Virus record (IMG/VR): IMGVR_UViG_3300030433_001888 | Location: 1-34,025 of that record | DNA from: a virus | Lineage: Duplodnaviria > Caudoviricetes | Length of the DNA stretch: 34,025 bases | Strand: one strand, 5' to 3' | The notes under the pieces: generated by a model | Databases searched by the model: none | Seen by the model: only the letters and a program-made list of their open reading frames with translations | Told to the model about the DNA's origin: nothing | Program-made: the position numbers and the translations under genes | Shown: positions 1-7,042 of the stretch, in pieces | How positions within the stretch are numbered: the first letter of the stretch is position 1 | Layout of the letters: each line of letters begins with the position of its first letter

Positions 1-238
1 CACTGCCGGCTTCCATGTTGGCGCTCGACCGGCCTTCATCAAGCCTGGACAAAACCCCGCGCGCTTCAATCTTTTCGGTCTCAGATGCTGCTGCGTTTTT
101 GAGAACAGCAAACGCCTTGTCAACCAATGGCCGGACGTGTGATTTCTCAAAAAAATCTTTGGCACGATCCTTGTTCCTGGGATTGCTGTGGTGGAAATAG
201 TTGTGTCGGACAGCCCAGGATGGCGCGGTGTGTAGCAT
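1..238 (-). CDS. N-terminal part of PD-(D/E)xK exonuclease, allele A (runs off window)
   Basis: MLHTAPSWAVRHNYFHHSNPRNKDRAKDFFEK... aligns without gaps to the N-terminus of 32713..33654 (30 mismatches in 240 nt, mostly synonymous). Confidence 0.85.
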   Translation of the reverse strand, partial: MLHTAPSWAVRHNYFHHSNPRNKDRAKDFFEKSHVRPLVDKAFAVLKNAAASETEKIEARGVLSRLDEGRSSANMEAGS

Positions 239-240
239 GA

Positions 241-317
241 ATATGTACCTCTGAAGTGTACATATAACGCTAATGTGTCGCGTATTTTACGTCAATGTTA
301 TTGACGAGTTTTCCACA
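241..317 (-). promoter_or_regulatory. Leftward early promoter/operator region of the recombination operon
   Basis: Minus-strand TTGACG-N17-TAGCGT (295..267); palindromes CGTCAA-N5-TTGACG (290-306) and ATATGTAC-N9-GTACATAT (241-265); TTTTCCACA at 309-317; all conserved in the copy at 33657..33733. Confidence 0.6.
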
Positions 318-325
318 AAATTTGA

Positions 326-1042
326 TTACATAAAATTGTTCAACCGACCGTGTGTGCTGCTCAAAACGTCGTCAACCGATTGTGTCGGCATCATATTTGC
401 GCTAAGCACAGGCGTTGCCCATTTCAAAACCTTGTTTTCAATGGTTCCCAGGCCAAAAACATTTACCAGAGTATGAGTTCCGTCAGGGTTTGGATAAACC
501 AGAGCCTGCACAATGTTTGTTACCTCAACTGTGCATTTGTGCGCGTCATACAGCTCGACATAACAAAGCCGACCAGCGCACTGTTGCGGGGAGACATACT
601 GCTTTTGAATTGGCTCCAGCAGAACAAGCTCAATTATATTCTGCATAAAGTTGAAGCGGCCAGTGTAAGTTTTGTCGATTTGGGTGTGCCAGGCTCCAAC
701 GCCGTCAAGCCCAGACGTGAGACCAAGGGGAAAGTATTGCTTGCCTTCATTTGTGAGCTGGCGCTGCCATTTAAAGCCTTCTTTGCTTTTTTTACCACCG
801 GCATCATTTTCGAGCAGCAAATTGGTTCCAACGATATCGATTGGTGCGCTTGCAAAAAAAACTTCTTGGGGGGTACAGCCTAATATCTTGGCATATTGTT
901 CTGCATCATTTAGCGAGATGCCAATCTTACCAGATATGTGTCGGCTCAATGTCTCTGGGGTGACGCCCTTGATGGCTGCCACCTCGCGCTTGCTCATGCC
1001 TGAGCGCGCAATCATTGCTTGGAGATTGTTGTGCATAATCAT
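326..1042 (-). CDS. CI-like repressor: N-terminal XRE HTH plus C-terminal domain (start 1042 or 1036)
   Basis: NNLQAMIARSGMSKREVAAIKGVTPETLSRHISGK...AKILGCTPQEVF is an XRE HTH; divergent from the cro-like gene. Confidence 0.8.
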   Translation of the reverse strand: MIMHNNLQAMIARSGMSKREVAAIKGVTPETLSRHISGKIGISLNDAEQYAKILGCTPQEVFFASAPIDIVGTNLLLENDAGGKKSKEGFKWQRQLTNEGKQYFPLGLTSGLDGVGAWHTQIDKTYTGRFNFMQNIIELVLLEPIQKQYVSPQQCAGRLCYVELYDAHKCTVEVTNIVQALVYPNPDGTHTLVNVFGLGTIENKVLKWATPVLSANMMPTQSVDDVLSSTHGRLNNFM

Positions 1043-1055
1043 TTGAATGTACCCC

Positions 1056-1152
1056 GTGTCGGTTGCGGTCACAATTGAAAACACCCTAATTTATTAAGAC
1101 AGCATCCGTCAAGCCCCTAGCTTTTTAAGCCGAAGCAGAGTAGTTTTAAGCG
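1056..1152. promoter_or_regulatory. cI/cro divergent control region with two operator-like sites
   Basis: GTGTC-N7-GTCAC (1056-1072), AAGAC-N7-GTCAA (1096-1112); minus-strand TTGACG-N18-TAGGGT; homologous elements conserved at 33768..33864. Confidence 0.55.
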
Positions 1153-1313
1153 ATGACTTTAGATACATTTAGAAAAGAAAAGGGCTGGTCATTTGCGCAT
1201 CTTGCGCGCCAGCTCGGAGCCTCACATGCAACAGTAGCGCGGCGCTGGTGCCTGCCGCGCGATCACAAAAACCGGCTAATTCCCAGTCCAGTTTATATGG
1301 ACAGAATTATTGT
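1057..1313. repeat. Direct repeat of 33769..34025; last 77 bp (1237-1313) identical
   Basis: Ungapped alignment at offset 32712. Confidence 0.95.
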
Positions 1314-1365
1314 GATTTCGAGCGGGAAAGTAATGCCGAATGACTTCTACCTTAACCGAAGCTGA
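1153..1365 (+). CDS. Cro-like HTH regulator
   Basis: 70 aa, MTLDTFRKEKGWSFAHLARQLGASHATVARRW...IPS...GKVMPNDFY; first gene of the rightward operon. Confidence 0.8.
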   Translation: MTLDTFRKEKGWSFAHLARQLGASHATVARRWCLPRDHKNRLIPSPVYMDRIIVISSGKVMPNDFYLNRS

Positions 1366-1726
1366 CCTGCAAAAACAGGTCGTGGACTGGCTCAAGATTG
1401 CGCTGCCGCCCGGCTGCGTGTTCCACCATAGCCCCAACGAGGGCAAGCGCCATGTCGCATTCAAGAAGAAGTTGAAGACTATGGGTACGCAGGCTGGCTG
1501 GCCTGATCTGGAAATATTTATCCCCGGCGACCAGGCGGTGCATAGCATAAGCACAAGCGTGTTTATTGAGCTGAAAAAGCCTGGCGGCAAGCCACGCATG
1601 AGCGGCACACAGCTTGAGATGGCTCAGCGCTTGATCCTGGCCGGTTGCCACTACGGCATGGCCCAAAGCTTGGGTGAGGTGTTTGATATTCTTGATCCGC
1701 TTGTGCGGTTGAAGGCAGGCACATGA
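1340..1726 (+). CDS. VRR-NUC family nuclease (putative Holliday junction resolvase)
   Basis: E.DLQ..V, HSPNEG, GWPDL, FIELK motifs. Confidence 0.8.
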   Translation: MTSTLTEADLQKQVVDWLKIALPPGCVFHHSPNEGKRHVAFKKKLKTMGTQAGWPDLEIFIPGDQAVHSISTSVFIELKKPGGKPRMSGTQLEMAQRLILAGCHYGMAQSLGEVFDILDPLVRLKAGT

Positions 1727-2535
1727 GCAATCCATACACCCTGCCGGAAGGGAATGTGCAGATAAGCTTTAGCGGTGGGCGCACGTCTGGGTTTATGTTG
1801 AACAACATTATCCATGCAAACGGCGGCTTACGCAGCGATGTCGCGGTGACCTTTGCAAACACTGGGCGCGAAATGCCTGAGACTTTGGATTTTGTGCAAG
1901 AGTGCGCAGACAAATGGGGCATTGAGATAGTCTGGGTCGAATACGATCCAGACTATAAATTTAAGATAGTGACGCGCAACACTGCCAGCCTCGACGGAGC
2001 GCCTTTTGACCAACTTATAAAAAAATATAACCGGCTGCCCAATCCTAGACAGAGATTTTGCACTGGAAAGCTTAAAATACAATCAACAAACGCATATCTA
2101 AAAAGCATTGGTTGGCAGCGTTGGCATAACGCTATCGGCATTCGTTACGATGAGCGCCATCGTCTTAACAAAAATGAACTAAAATACATACAAAATTGGC
2201 ACCCTATGTCTGGCGCAAAGCACACGCAGGCGCACGTTCACGAGTTTTGGCAAGCAAACAATTTTGATTTGCGCCTTGCGTCCGTTAACGGAAAAACCAT
2301 CAAAGGAAATTGCGATTTCTGTTTTCTAAAATCTGAAGCGGCGTTGGCGGGAATGTACCGCCAGTTTCCAGAGCGTGGACAGTGGTGGTCACAAAAAGAA
2401 CAGCAAACAAATATGGATTTTAAACAAGGCAAAACTTTTGCTGGGTTGTTTGATTTTGTAGATCGACAGGGCGACTGGATTTTTGATGACGACGCTTTTT
2501 TGTGTCAAGCGAACGACGGAGAATGCACGGGATGA
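1723..2535 (+). CDS. PAPS-reductase-family (PP-loop) protein
   Basis: ISFSGGRTS PP-loop, FANTGREMPETLDFV, RFCTGKLK, GIRYDE, GNCDFCF. Confidence 0.85.
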   Translation: MSNPYTLPEGNVQISFSGGRTSGFMLNNIIHANGGLRSDVAVTFANTGREMPETLDFVQECADKWGIEIVWVEYDPDYKFKIVTRNTASLDGAPFDQLIKKYNRLPNPRQRFCTGKLKIQSTNAYLKSIGWQRWHNAIGIRYDERHRLNKNELKYIQNWHPMSGAKHTQAHVHEFWQANNFDLRLASVNGKTIKGNCDFCFLKSEAALAGMYRQFPERGQWWSQKEQQTNMDFKQGKTFAGLFDFVDRQGDWIFDDDAFLCQANDGECTG

Positions 2536-2822
2536 GCAGGCGCGAGCAAGCTGTCGAGATGGCCGACGCAGAGATCAGGCGATTGTTCGCTGCCGGTTAC
2601 GGCATATTCCGCATAGCCGAGCTGTACGGTATCCCGCGGGTTAGGCTGACGAGCGACATTGCGCAGATGTTTGACCTGGACTGGATGGAGCTACCGCCCA
2701 CGCTGCGCGATAGCGGGGCAGGGATAATGACTGAGGGCTATCTGCGTGAGGCTATGGCTGATCAGATAGAGGCCGTCATAGAGGGCCATGAGGGGGCCGA
2801 AGTTATATGCCTGACAGGGTAA
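2532..2822 (+). CDS. Hypothetical protein (possible HTH)
   Basis: ATGA overlap with upstream gene; fills the operon. Confidence 0.6.
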   Translation: MSRREQAVEMADAEIRRLFAAGYGIFRIAELYGIPRVRLTSDIAQMFDLDWMELPPTLRDSGAGIMTEGYLREAMADQIEAVIEGHEGAEVICLTG

Positions 2823-3088
2823 GGCAGAAAAGCAAATGGGGCGCGGTGCGTGACAAGCCGACGCCTGGCAAGCGCCGGTGCGACGCCTGCGCGAAGGAAC
2901 ATGAAGTGGCCGGTCACACATGGCTGGTGCTAATGTCTGGCCACTTTGTGTGTGACAACAACAGATGTCACACAGTGATGACCAACTGGCTCAAAGGAGA
3001 TCAAGATGCCAAGACAATGGACACCCGAGCAGCGCGCCGAGCTATCCAGAAGGAAGAAAGCCGAATGGGCAAAGCGCAAATCCGCTGA
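2807..3088 (+). CDS. Small Cys/His-rich hypothetical protein
   Basis: CDAC...H...C..C motif; overlaps upstream stop. Confidence 0.55.
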   Translation: MPDRVRQKSKWGAVRDKPTPGKRRCDACAKEHEVAGHTWLVLMSGHFVCDNNRCHTVMTNWLKGDQDAKTMDTRAARRAIQKEESRMGKAQIR

Positions 3089-3143
3089 GCTGACCCTGTG
3101 GGGACACGTTAAAAACATCCTCGCAAAACGCCTGGGCATTTGA
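3006..3143 (+). CDS. 45-aa basic protein (not in the ORF track)
   Basis: AAAGGAGA RBS at ~2993; MPRQWTPEQRAELSRRKKAEWAKRKSAELTLWGHVKNILAKRLGI*. Confidence 0.6.
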   Translation: MPRQWTPEQRAELSRRKKAEWAKRKSAELTLWGHVKNILAKRLGI

Positions 3144-3144
3144 C

Positions 3145-3397
3145 TTATCCACAACGGGGCTTGACATGATTTCGGATCACGATAAACTCGGCTCTGCCGC
3201 AAAAAAGAACGGTGCTATAGCATGCGACCAGCAAGCTATAGCTGATAGCTCGCAACGAAGCAGAGCAACACAAATCCAATCTTTGATTACTAACTTAGCC
3301 AAGCGCAATAGCATGCAATATAAGCAAGCTATAGCACGGAGCGATGCCAACCCGTTTGACGAGCAGCAGCGCAGGGTTTTCCGCAAGCTTATCCACA
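3145..3397. promoter_or_regulatory. Candidate replication origin
   Basis: Perfect DnaA boxes TTATCCACA at 3145-3153 and 3389-3397; TTGACA-N16-TAAACT promoter at 3161-3188; GCTATAGC palindrome x3 (twice as GCAAGCTATAGC) between them. Confidence 0.5.
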
Positions 3398-3519
3398 AGC
3401 ACTCACGCGAAGAGCTGGCAATGATCCAGCAGGCGGTCGATGCTATGTCACCGCTTGAGCGACACGATTGGTTGGACAAAACCGAGCGCGAGCTACGCGA
3501 GCTTGACGCATGGACATGA
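3166..3519 (+). CDS. Hypothetical protein overlapping the candidate origin (start uncertain)
   Basis: Open frame coupled to the downstream gene; helical C-terminus. Confidence 0.5.
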   Translation: MISDHDKLGSAAKKNGAIACDQQAIADSSQRSRATQIQSLITNLAKRNSMQYKQAIARSDANPFDEQQRRVFRKLIHKHSREELAMIQQAVDAMSPLERHDWLDKTERELRELDAWT

Positions 3520-3893
3520 CCCAGCTCAACGATCTTTTTTTGGAAGCAGCGGAAACCGAGCGCAAGCTACCGGCAGCCATCCGCAAGCAGAAGCTCAGTA
3601 GCTGGCCGGATCATGTGCAAGATTGGTTTGGCTATGGTTACCATGCTGCGGAGACGCCCAGGCTGACAGCAACGCCTGAGCAGGTCTCCAGGCTGGACTA
3701 TGCCATTGAGCTGGGCATCACCGGCATGGACGTTGAAGACAGAAAGCTTGTGTGGGCTGTTGCACACTCGGCAGCGTTTCGTGAGCGTGGGCCAGCCTGG
3801 ACGAAGATTGCACGGATACTGGGGCTGAGTGATGGTAGGGCAGTGAAGCGGCGCTATCAGGACGCGTTGGTGCGGTTGTATTACCGCATATGA
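3510..3893 (+). CDS. Putative late-gene activator/antiterminator, C-terminal HTH (DUF6362-like)
   Basis: LFLEAAET.RKLP...WP and DRKLVW...WTKIARILG...VKRRYQDAL; last early gene before the late promoter. Confidence 0.65.
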   Translation: MDMTQLNDLFLEAAETERKLPAAIRKQKLSSWPDHVQDWFGYGYHAAETPRLTATPEQVSRLDYAIELGITGMDVEDRKLVWAVAHSAAFRERGPAWTKIARILGLSDGRAVKRRYQDALVRLYYRI

Positions 3894-3902
3894 AAAGGGC
3901 GG

Positions 3903-4232
3903 CTAATATTTTACAACGGTATTTGCGTACCAAACTGCGCAGGGCTGCGAACAGAAATGACCGTATTTTTGGACGTAGGTTTCTCCGTCCCACAGAATAT
4001 GTTCGTACCGCCGCCAGTAGACAGGGTCATCATTATTTAGATAGTTGTTTTTTAGGCCTGGATTTGACGCCCATTGATCGACTGAACGGATCAACAACAT
4101 ATTGCCATCATAAGGATCGTTAGAAAAAATCTGCGTAGTTTTCTTTTTTGCAGGGCGAAAACAAACAGGGCACTCTTGTCGCTCAGTGAACGTCTGCTCA
4201 CCGACACGGGGTGGCTTGGGGTATTTAGTCAT
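3903..4232 (-). CDS. Counter-oriented moron, putative Zn-binding protein
   Basis: AAGGAG RBS before ATG 4232; CPVC...FCSQPC; AT-richer than flanks; own promoter. Confidence 0.65.
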   Translation of the reverse strand: MTKYPKPPRVGEQTFTERQECPVCFRPAKKKTTQIFSNDPYDGNMLLIRSVDQWASNPGLKNNYLNNDDPVYWRRYEHILWDGETYVQKYGHFCSQPCAVWYANTVVKY

Positions 4233-4253
4233 GGTTTCTCGCTCCTTGGTTAC

Positions 4254-4282
4254 AATGCAGACATAGTGACCGATACGGTCAA
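4254..4282 (-). promoter_or_regulatory. Moron promoter with overlapping palindrome
   Basis: Minus-strand TTGACC-N17-TGCATT; TGACCG-ATA-CGGTCA palindrome at 4267-4281. Confidence 0.45.
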
Positions 4283-4314
4283 CATCAAGGGGCATAACGT
4301 ATTATGTTTTGCGT

Positions 4315-4344
4315 TTGACGCGAATGCACCAAATGTTGTAGCGT
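4315..4344 (+). promoter_or_regulatory. Putative late promoter
   Basis: TTGACG-N18-TAGCGT, same hexamers as the leftward early promoter. Confidence 0.5.
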
Positions 4345-4392
4345 TTTAGATACGCTGGCACGATATGTCGGCGCTTCCCAAATTCAGACAGA

Positions 4393-4423
4393 GCAAGCTA
4401 GGCGGGTCGGTCGCCTAGCTTGC
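4393..4423 (+). terminator. Strong leader hairpin upstream of terS (attenuator-like, no U-tract)
   Basis: GCAAGCTAGGCG-N7-CGCCTAGCTTGC, perfect 12-bp stem. Confidence 0.45.
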
Positions 4424-4437
4424 ACCATGTTGGACAC

Positions 4438-4854
4438 ATGACAAAACGAACCAGAGTAACCAAGAAGCAGATGGAAGAAATTTGCGAGCAGATATGCGAG
4501 GGCAGAAGCCTGACGCGCATCTGCAATGAGGCTGAGCATCTTCCAAGCTGGCGCACCGTGCTGCGCTGGGTGCGCGAAGACGAGGGCGCTTACACGGCGT
4601 ACCGTCAGGCGCGAACCCTGCAATGCGAGGTTATGCGTGACCAGATCATTGACCTGGTTGAAGCGCCATTGCCAAATGATCCTAAGCTCGCCATGGCCGA
4701 GGTGCAGCGGCGTCGCCTAGAGGCTGACCACAAGGACAAGCATATCAGGCAGATGCAACCGCTGGGCTTGCGTGACAAGGCTGAGGACAACAAGCAGACG
4801 AGCGGCAAGGTTACGCTGGTCTGGGGTGATCAAGCTGTGGCTGTGGGTGAATAG
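4438..4854 (+). CDS. terS: Terminase small subunit (Sf6-like)
   Basis: EICEQICEGRSLTRIC....PSWRTVLRW...Y..AR motif; upstream of terL. Confidence 0.85.
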   Translation: MTKRTRVTKKQMEEICEQICEGRSLTRICNEAEHLPSWRTVLRWVREDEGAYTAYRQARTLQCEVMRDQIIDLVEAPLPNDPKLAMAEVQRRRLEADHKDKHIRQMQPLGLRDKAEDNKQTSGKVTLVWGDQAVAVGE

Positions 4855-4960
4855 TGTTGGTGACGAGGCTGCGTGGCAGGGGTCGCGCGCGCGAGGCAAG
4901 CTGCACATGCGACGCAGTCGCAAGCATACCCCCCAAGCCTTTTGATTTTCTGCGCAGCTC

Positions 4961-4978
4961 GGCATGCGTTTGGCATGC
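4961..4978 (-). repeat. Remote copy of the attP arm-type repeat pair
   Basis: Reverse complement GCATGCCAAACGCATGCC is identical to 29289-29306. Confidence 0.85.
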
Positions 4979-5133
4979 GAAAGGCTGTGACCGGCAGAAA
5001 CGCTGGGGCTGGTTGTAGGACAGCCTACTGTCCAGGGGGGGGTGCCTGTTTCCTGGCGCGCACCCCCACCCACCCCCAGAGCCGGCCGCCGTGTCTATAC
5101 GTATATATATCCTGACAAGAGCCTGTCTCTCAC

Positions 5134-6414
5134 ATGAACATCGAAATCCCTTACACACCACGACCTGGTCAAGCCCAGCTCCATGCCGAGCTGCAAACCA
5201 AGCGCTGGGGCGTAGTCGTATGCCATCGACGCTGGGGCAAAACCGTCATGGCTATAAACCACCTGCTGCGTGAAGCCGTGCTGAACCCCAACACGAACCC
5301 GCGCTGCGCATACATAGCCCCGACATACCGGCAGGCCAAGGCCGTGGCGTGGGACTACCTGAAGCAGTTTGCAAGCGCCATACCGATGGTCAGGTTCCAT
5401 GAGACAGAGCTGCGAGCTGATCTGCCCAACGGTGCGCGGATACAGCTTCTAGGCGCTGAGAACCCCGACAGCCTGCGGGGCATATATCTGGATATGGCTG
5501 TTCTGGATGAGATGGCTGACATGCCGGAGAGTTTGTTTCCAGAGGTCATCAGACCGGCCCTGAGTGATCGGAAAGGCAAATGTGTGTTTATTGGTACACC
5601 AAGGGGCCACAACGCCTTCTATGAGCTGTTCTGTGACGCTGAGACCCAGGACGACTGGCACACCGCGCTGTTTAAGGCTAGCGAGACCGGCATACTGGAT
5701 GAAGAGGAATTAGAGGCTGCTCAGGCTATGATGACGCCAGACCAGTTTGCTCAGGAATTTGAGTGTAGCTGGGTGGCCAATGTGCCGGGCAGTGTTTTTG
5801 GCAAAGAGCTTCAGGAAGCTCAGGAAAAGGGCCGCATTGCTTCAGTTCCCTATGACCCAACCTGTAAGGTCGATACCTGGTGGGATTTGGGCGTCGGGGA
5901 CAGCACAGTTGTCTGGTTTACGCAAAGCGTAGGCCGCGCTGTGCATGTTATCGATTTCTATGAGAACCGTGGCGAAGGACTGCCGCATTACGCAAAGATG
6001 CTTTCTGAAAAGGAATATTTCTACGGCAGCCACAACGCCCCGCATGACATTGAGGTGCGCGAGCTGGGGAGCGGCAAAAGCAGGCGCGAGGTCGCATGGG
6101 ACTTGGGGCTTAACTTTAGAGTGGTTCCAAAGCTGCCGCTGGAAGATGGCATCCATGCTGCACAAATGCTGATCCCGCGTTGCTGGTTTGACAAAGGCAA
6201 TTGTGGGCCAGGGCTAGAGGCCCTGCGCCAATATCACCGCGCATACAATGAGCGCCTGCGATCATTTAGGAATACGCCCGTGCATGACTGGTCTAGTCAT
6301 GCAGCCGATGCGTTTCGCTATCTGGCCGTCGGGCTGAAAGAAACACGAAGCTATGACCGGCCACCACAGGCCGTTGCTGACAGCAAATACAACCCTTTGG
6401 GAGTTAGAATGTAA
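5134..6414 (+). CDS. terL: Terminase large subunit
   Basis: Walker A HRRWGKT, Walker B AVLDE, GTPRG, nuclease WDLG..D and HAADAFRY. Confidence 0.95.
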   Translation: MNIEIPYTPRPGQAQLHAELQTKRWGVVVCHRRWGKTVMAINHLLREAVLNPNTNPRCAYIAPTYRQAKAVAWDYLKQFASAIPMVRFHETELRADLPNGARIQLLGAENPDSLRGIYLDMAVLDEMADMPESLFPEVIRPALSDRKGKCVFIGTPRGHNAFYELFCDAETQDDWHTALFKASETGILDEEELEAAQAMMTPDQFAQEFECSWVANVPGSVFGKELQEAQEKGRIASVPYDPTCKVDTWWDLGVGDSTVVWFTQSVGRAVHVIDFYENRGEGLPHYAKMLSEKEYFYGSHNAPHDIEVRELGSGKSRREVAWDLGLNFRVVPKLPLEDGIHAAQMLIPRCWFDKGNCGPGLEALRQYHRAYNERLRSFRNTPVHDWSSHAADAFRYLAVGLKETRSYDRPPQAVADSKYNPLGVRM

Positions 6415-6674
6415 TGGGATTTTTGAGACCTAAATCACCGCCGCCGCCACCGCCTCCTCCTCCACCCCCGCCGATTATCACGCAGCCCGACCCAGTGATT
6501 AGGCCGGCCACAGTTGTCGAGGCAACGCAGCAAAAAGCGAAAGATCAAAAGCGGGTGAACCCGAAAACCGCGATTGCAACAACGCCGAGGGGCGTTCTGG
6601 AAGACACCCCGCTGGAATATAAAAGCCTGCTGGGTGGTGGCACCCCGCGTAAAACCAGAAAGCCAGGAGCTTAG
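6414..6674 (+). CDS. Small Pro-rich virion-associated protein
   Basis: Located between terL and portal; C-terminal RGVL...KSLLG. Confidence 0.65.
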   Translation: MGFLRPKSPPPPPPPPPPPPIITQPDPVIRPATVVEATQQKAKDQKRVNPKTAIATTPRGVLEDTPLEYKSLLGGGTPRKTRKPGA

Positions 6675-6676
6675 TC

Positions 6677-7042
6677 ATGGGCGGCATTGTAAAATCAGTC
6701 GGCAAAAAACTTGGAATTATTAAAAAGCCTCCAAGACAGGCACCGCCGCCGGTTACCTACACACTCGAAGATGTAAACCAGCGCACTACCAACATGGTAG
6801 CAGGTATAAACTTTAGGCGCAGCCTGCAAGGTTTGCCGCCCTTAGAAACCTCAACCGGCTCGGGCCCGACTAGCGTCGAGCCTGCTGAACCAATAAACCC
6901 GCGCGATGTGGTCTACGGCGATGAGGGCGAGCAGGCCCGTCGTGGAAGGCGTCGCCGCACACGTCGCGGCACCATGCTGACCGGCGGCAAGGGTGTGCTG
7001 GGCGATGCGCCCGTTGAAAAGAAAACACTGCTGGGTAGCTAG
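6677..7042 (+). CDS. Small virion-associated protein (T7 gp7.3-like position)
   Basis: RRGTMLTGGKGVLGDAPVEKKTLLGS; directly before portal. Confidence 0.65.
   Translation: MGGIVKSVGKKLGIIKKPPRQAPPPVTYTLEDVNQRTTNMVAGINFRRSLQGLPPLETSTGSGPTSVEPAEPINPRDVVYGDEGEQARRGRRRRTRRGTMLTGGKGVLGDAPVEKKTLLGS

Larger units (their letters stand above)
1..324. repeat. Diverged direct repeat of 33417..33740
   Basis: Ungapped alignment at offset 33416, about 38 mismatches in 324 nt (~88%). Confidence 0.95.

Noticed and set aside
1120-1150. CtrA box before cro
   Set aside because: TTAA half-sites are 18 bp apart rather than 7 and are not conserved in the second copy.
1-1313. Physical direct terminal repeat
   Set aside because: The copies are ~12% diverged and differ by a whole gene; true DTRs are identical.
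4930-4950. IHF sites beside the remote arm repeat and at ~29245-29260
   Set aside because: Only partial matches to WATCAANNNNTTR; suggestive but not supportable.
4526-5400. Short ORFs in and around the terS-terL gap
   Set aside because: Low-complexity GC-rich shadow frames with no coding signals.
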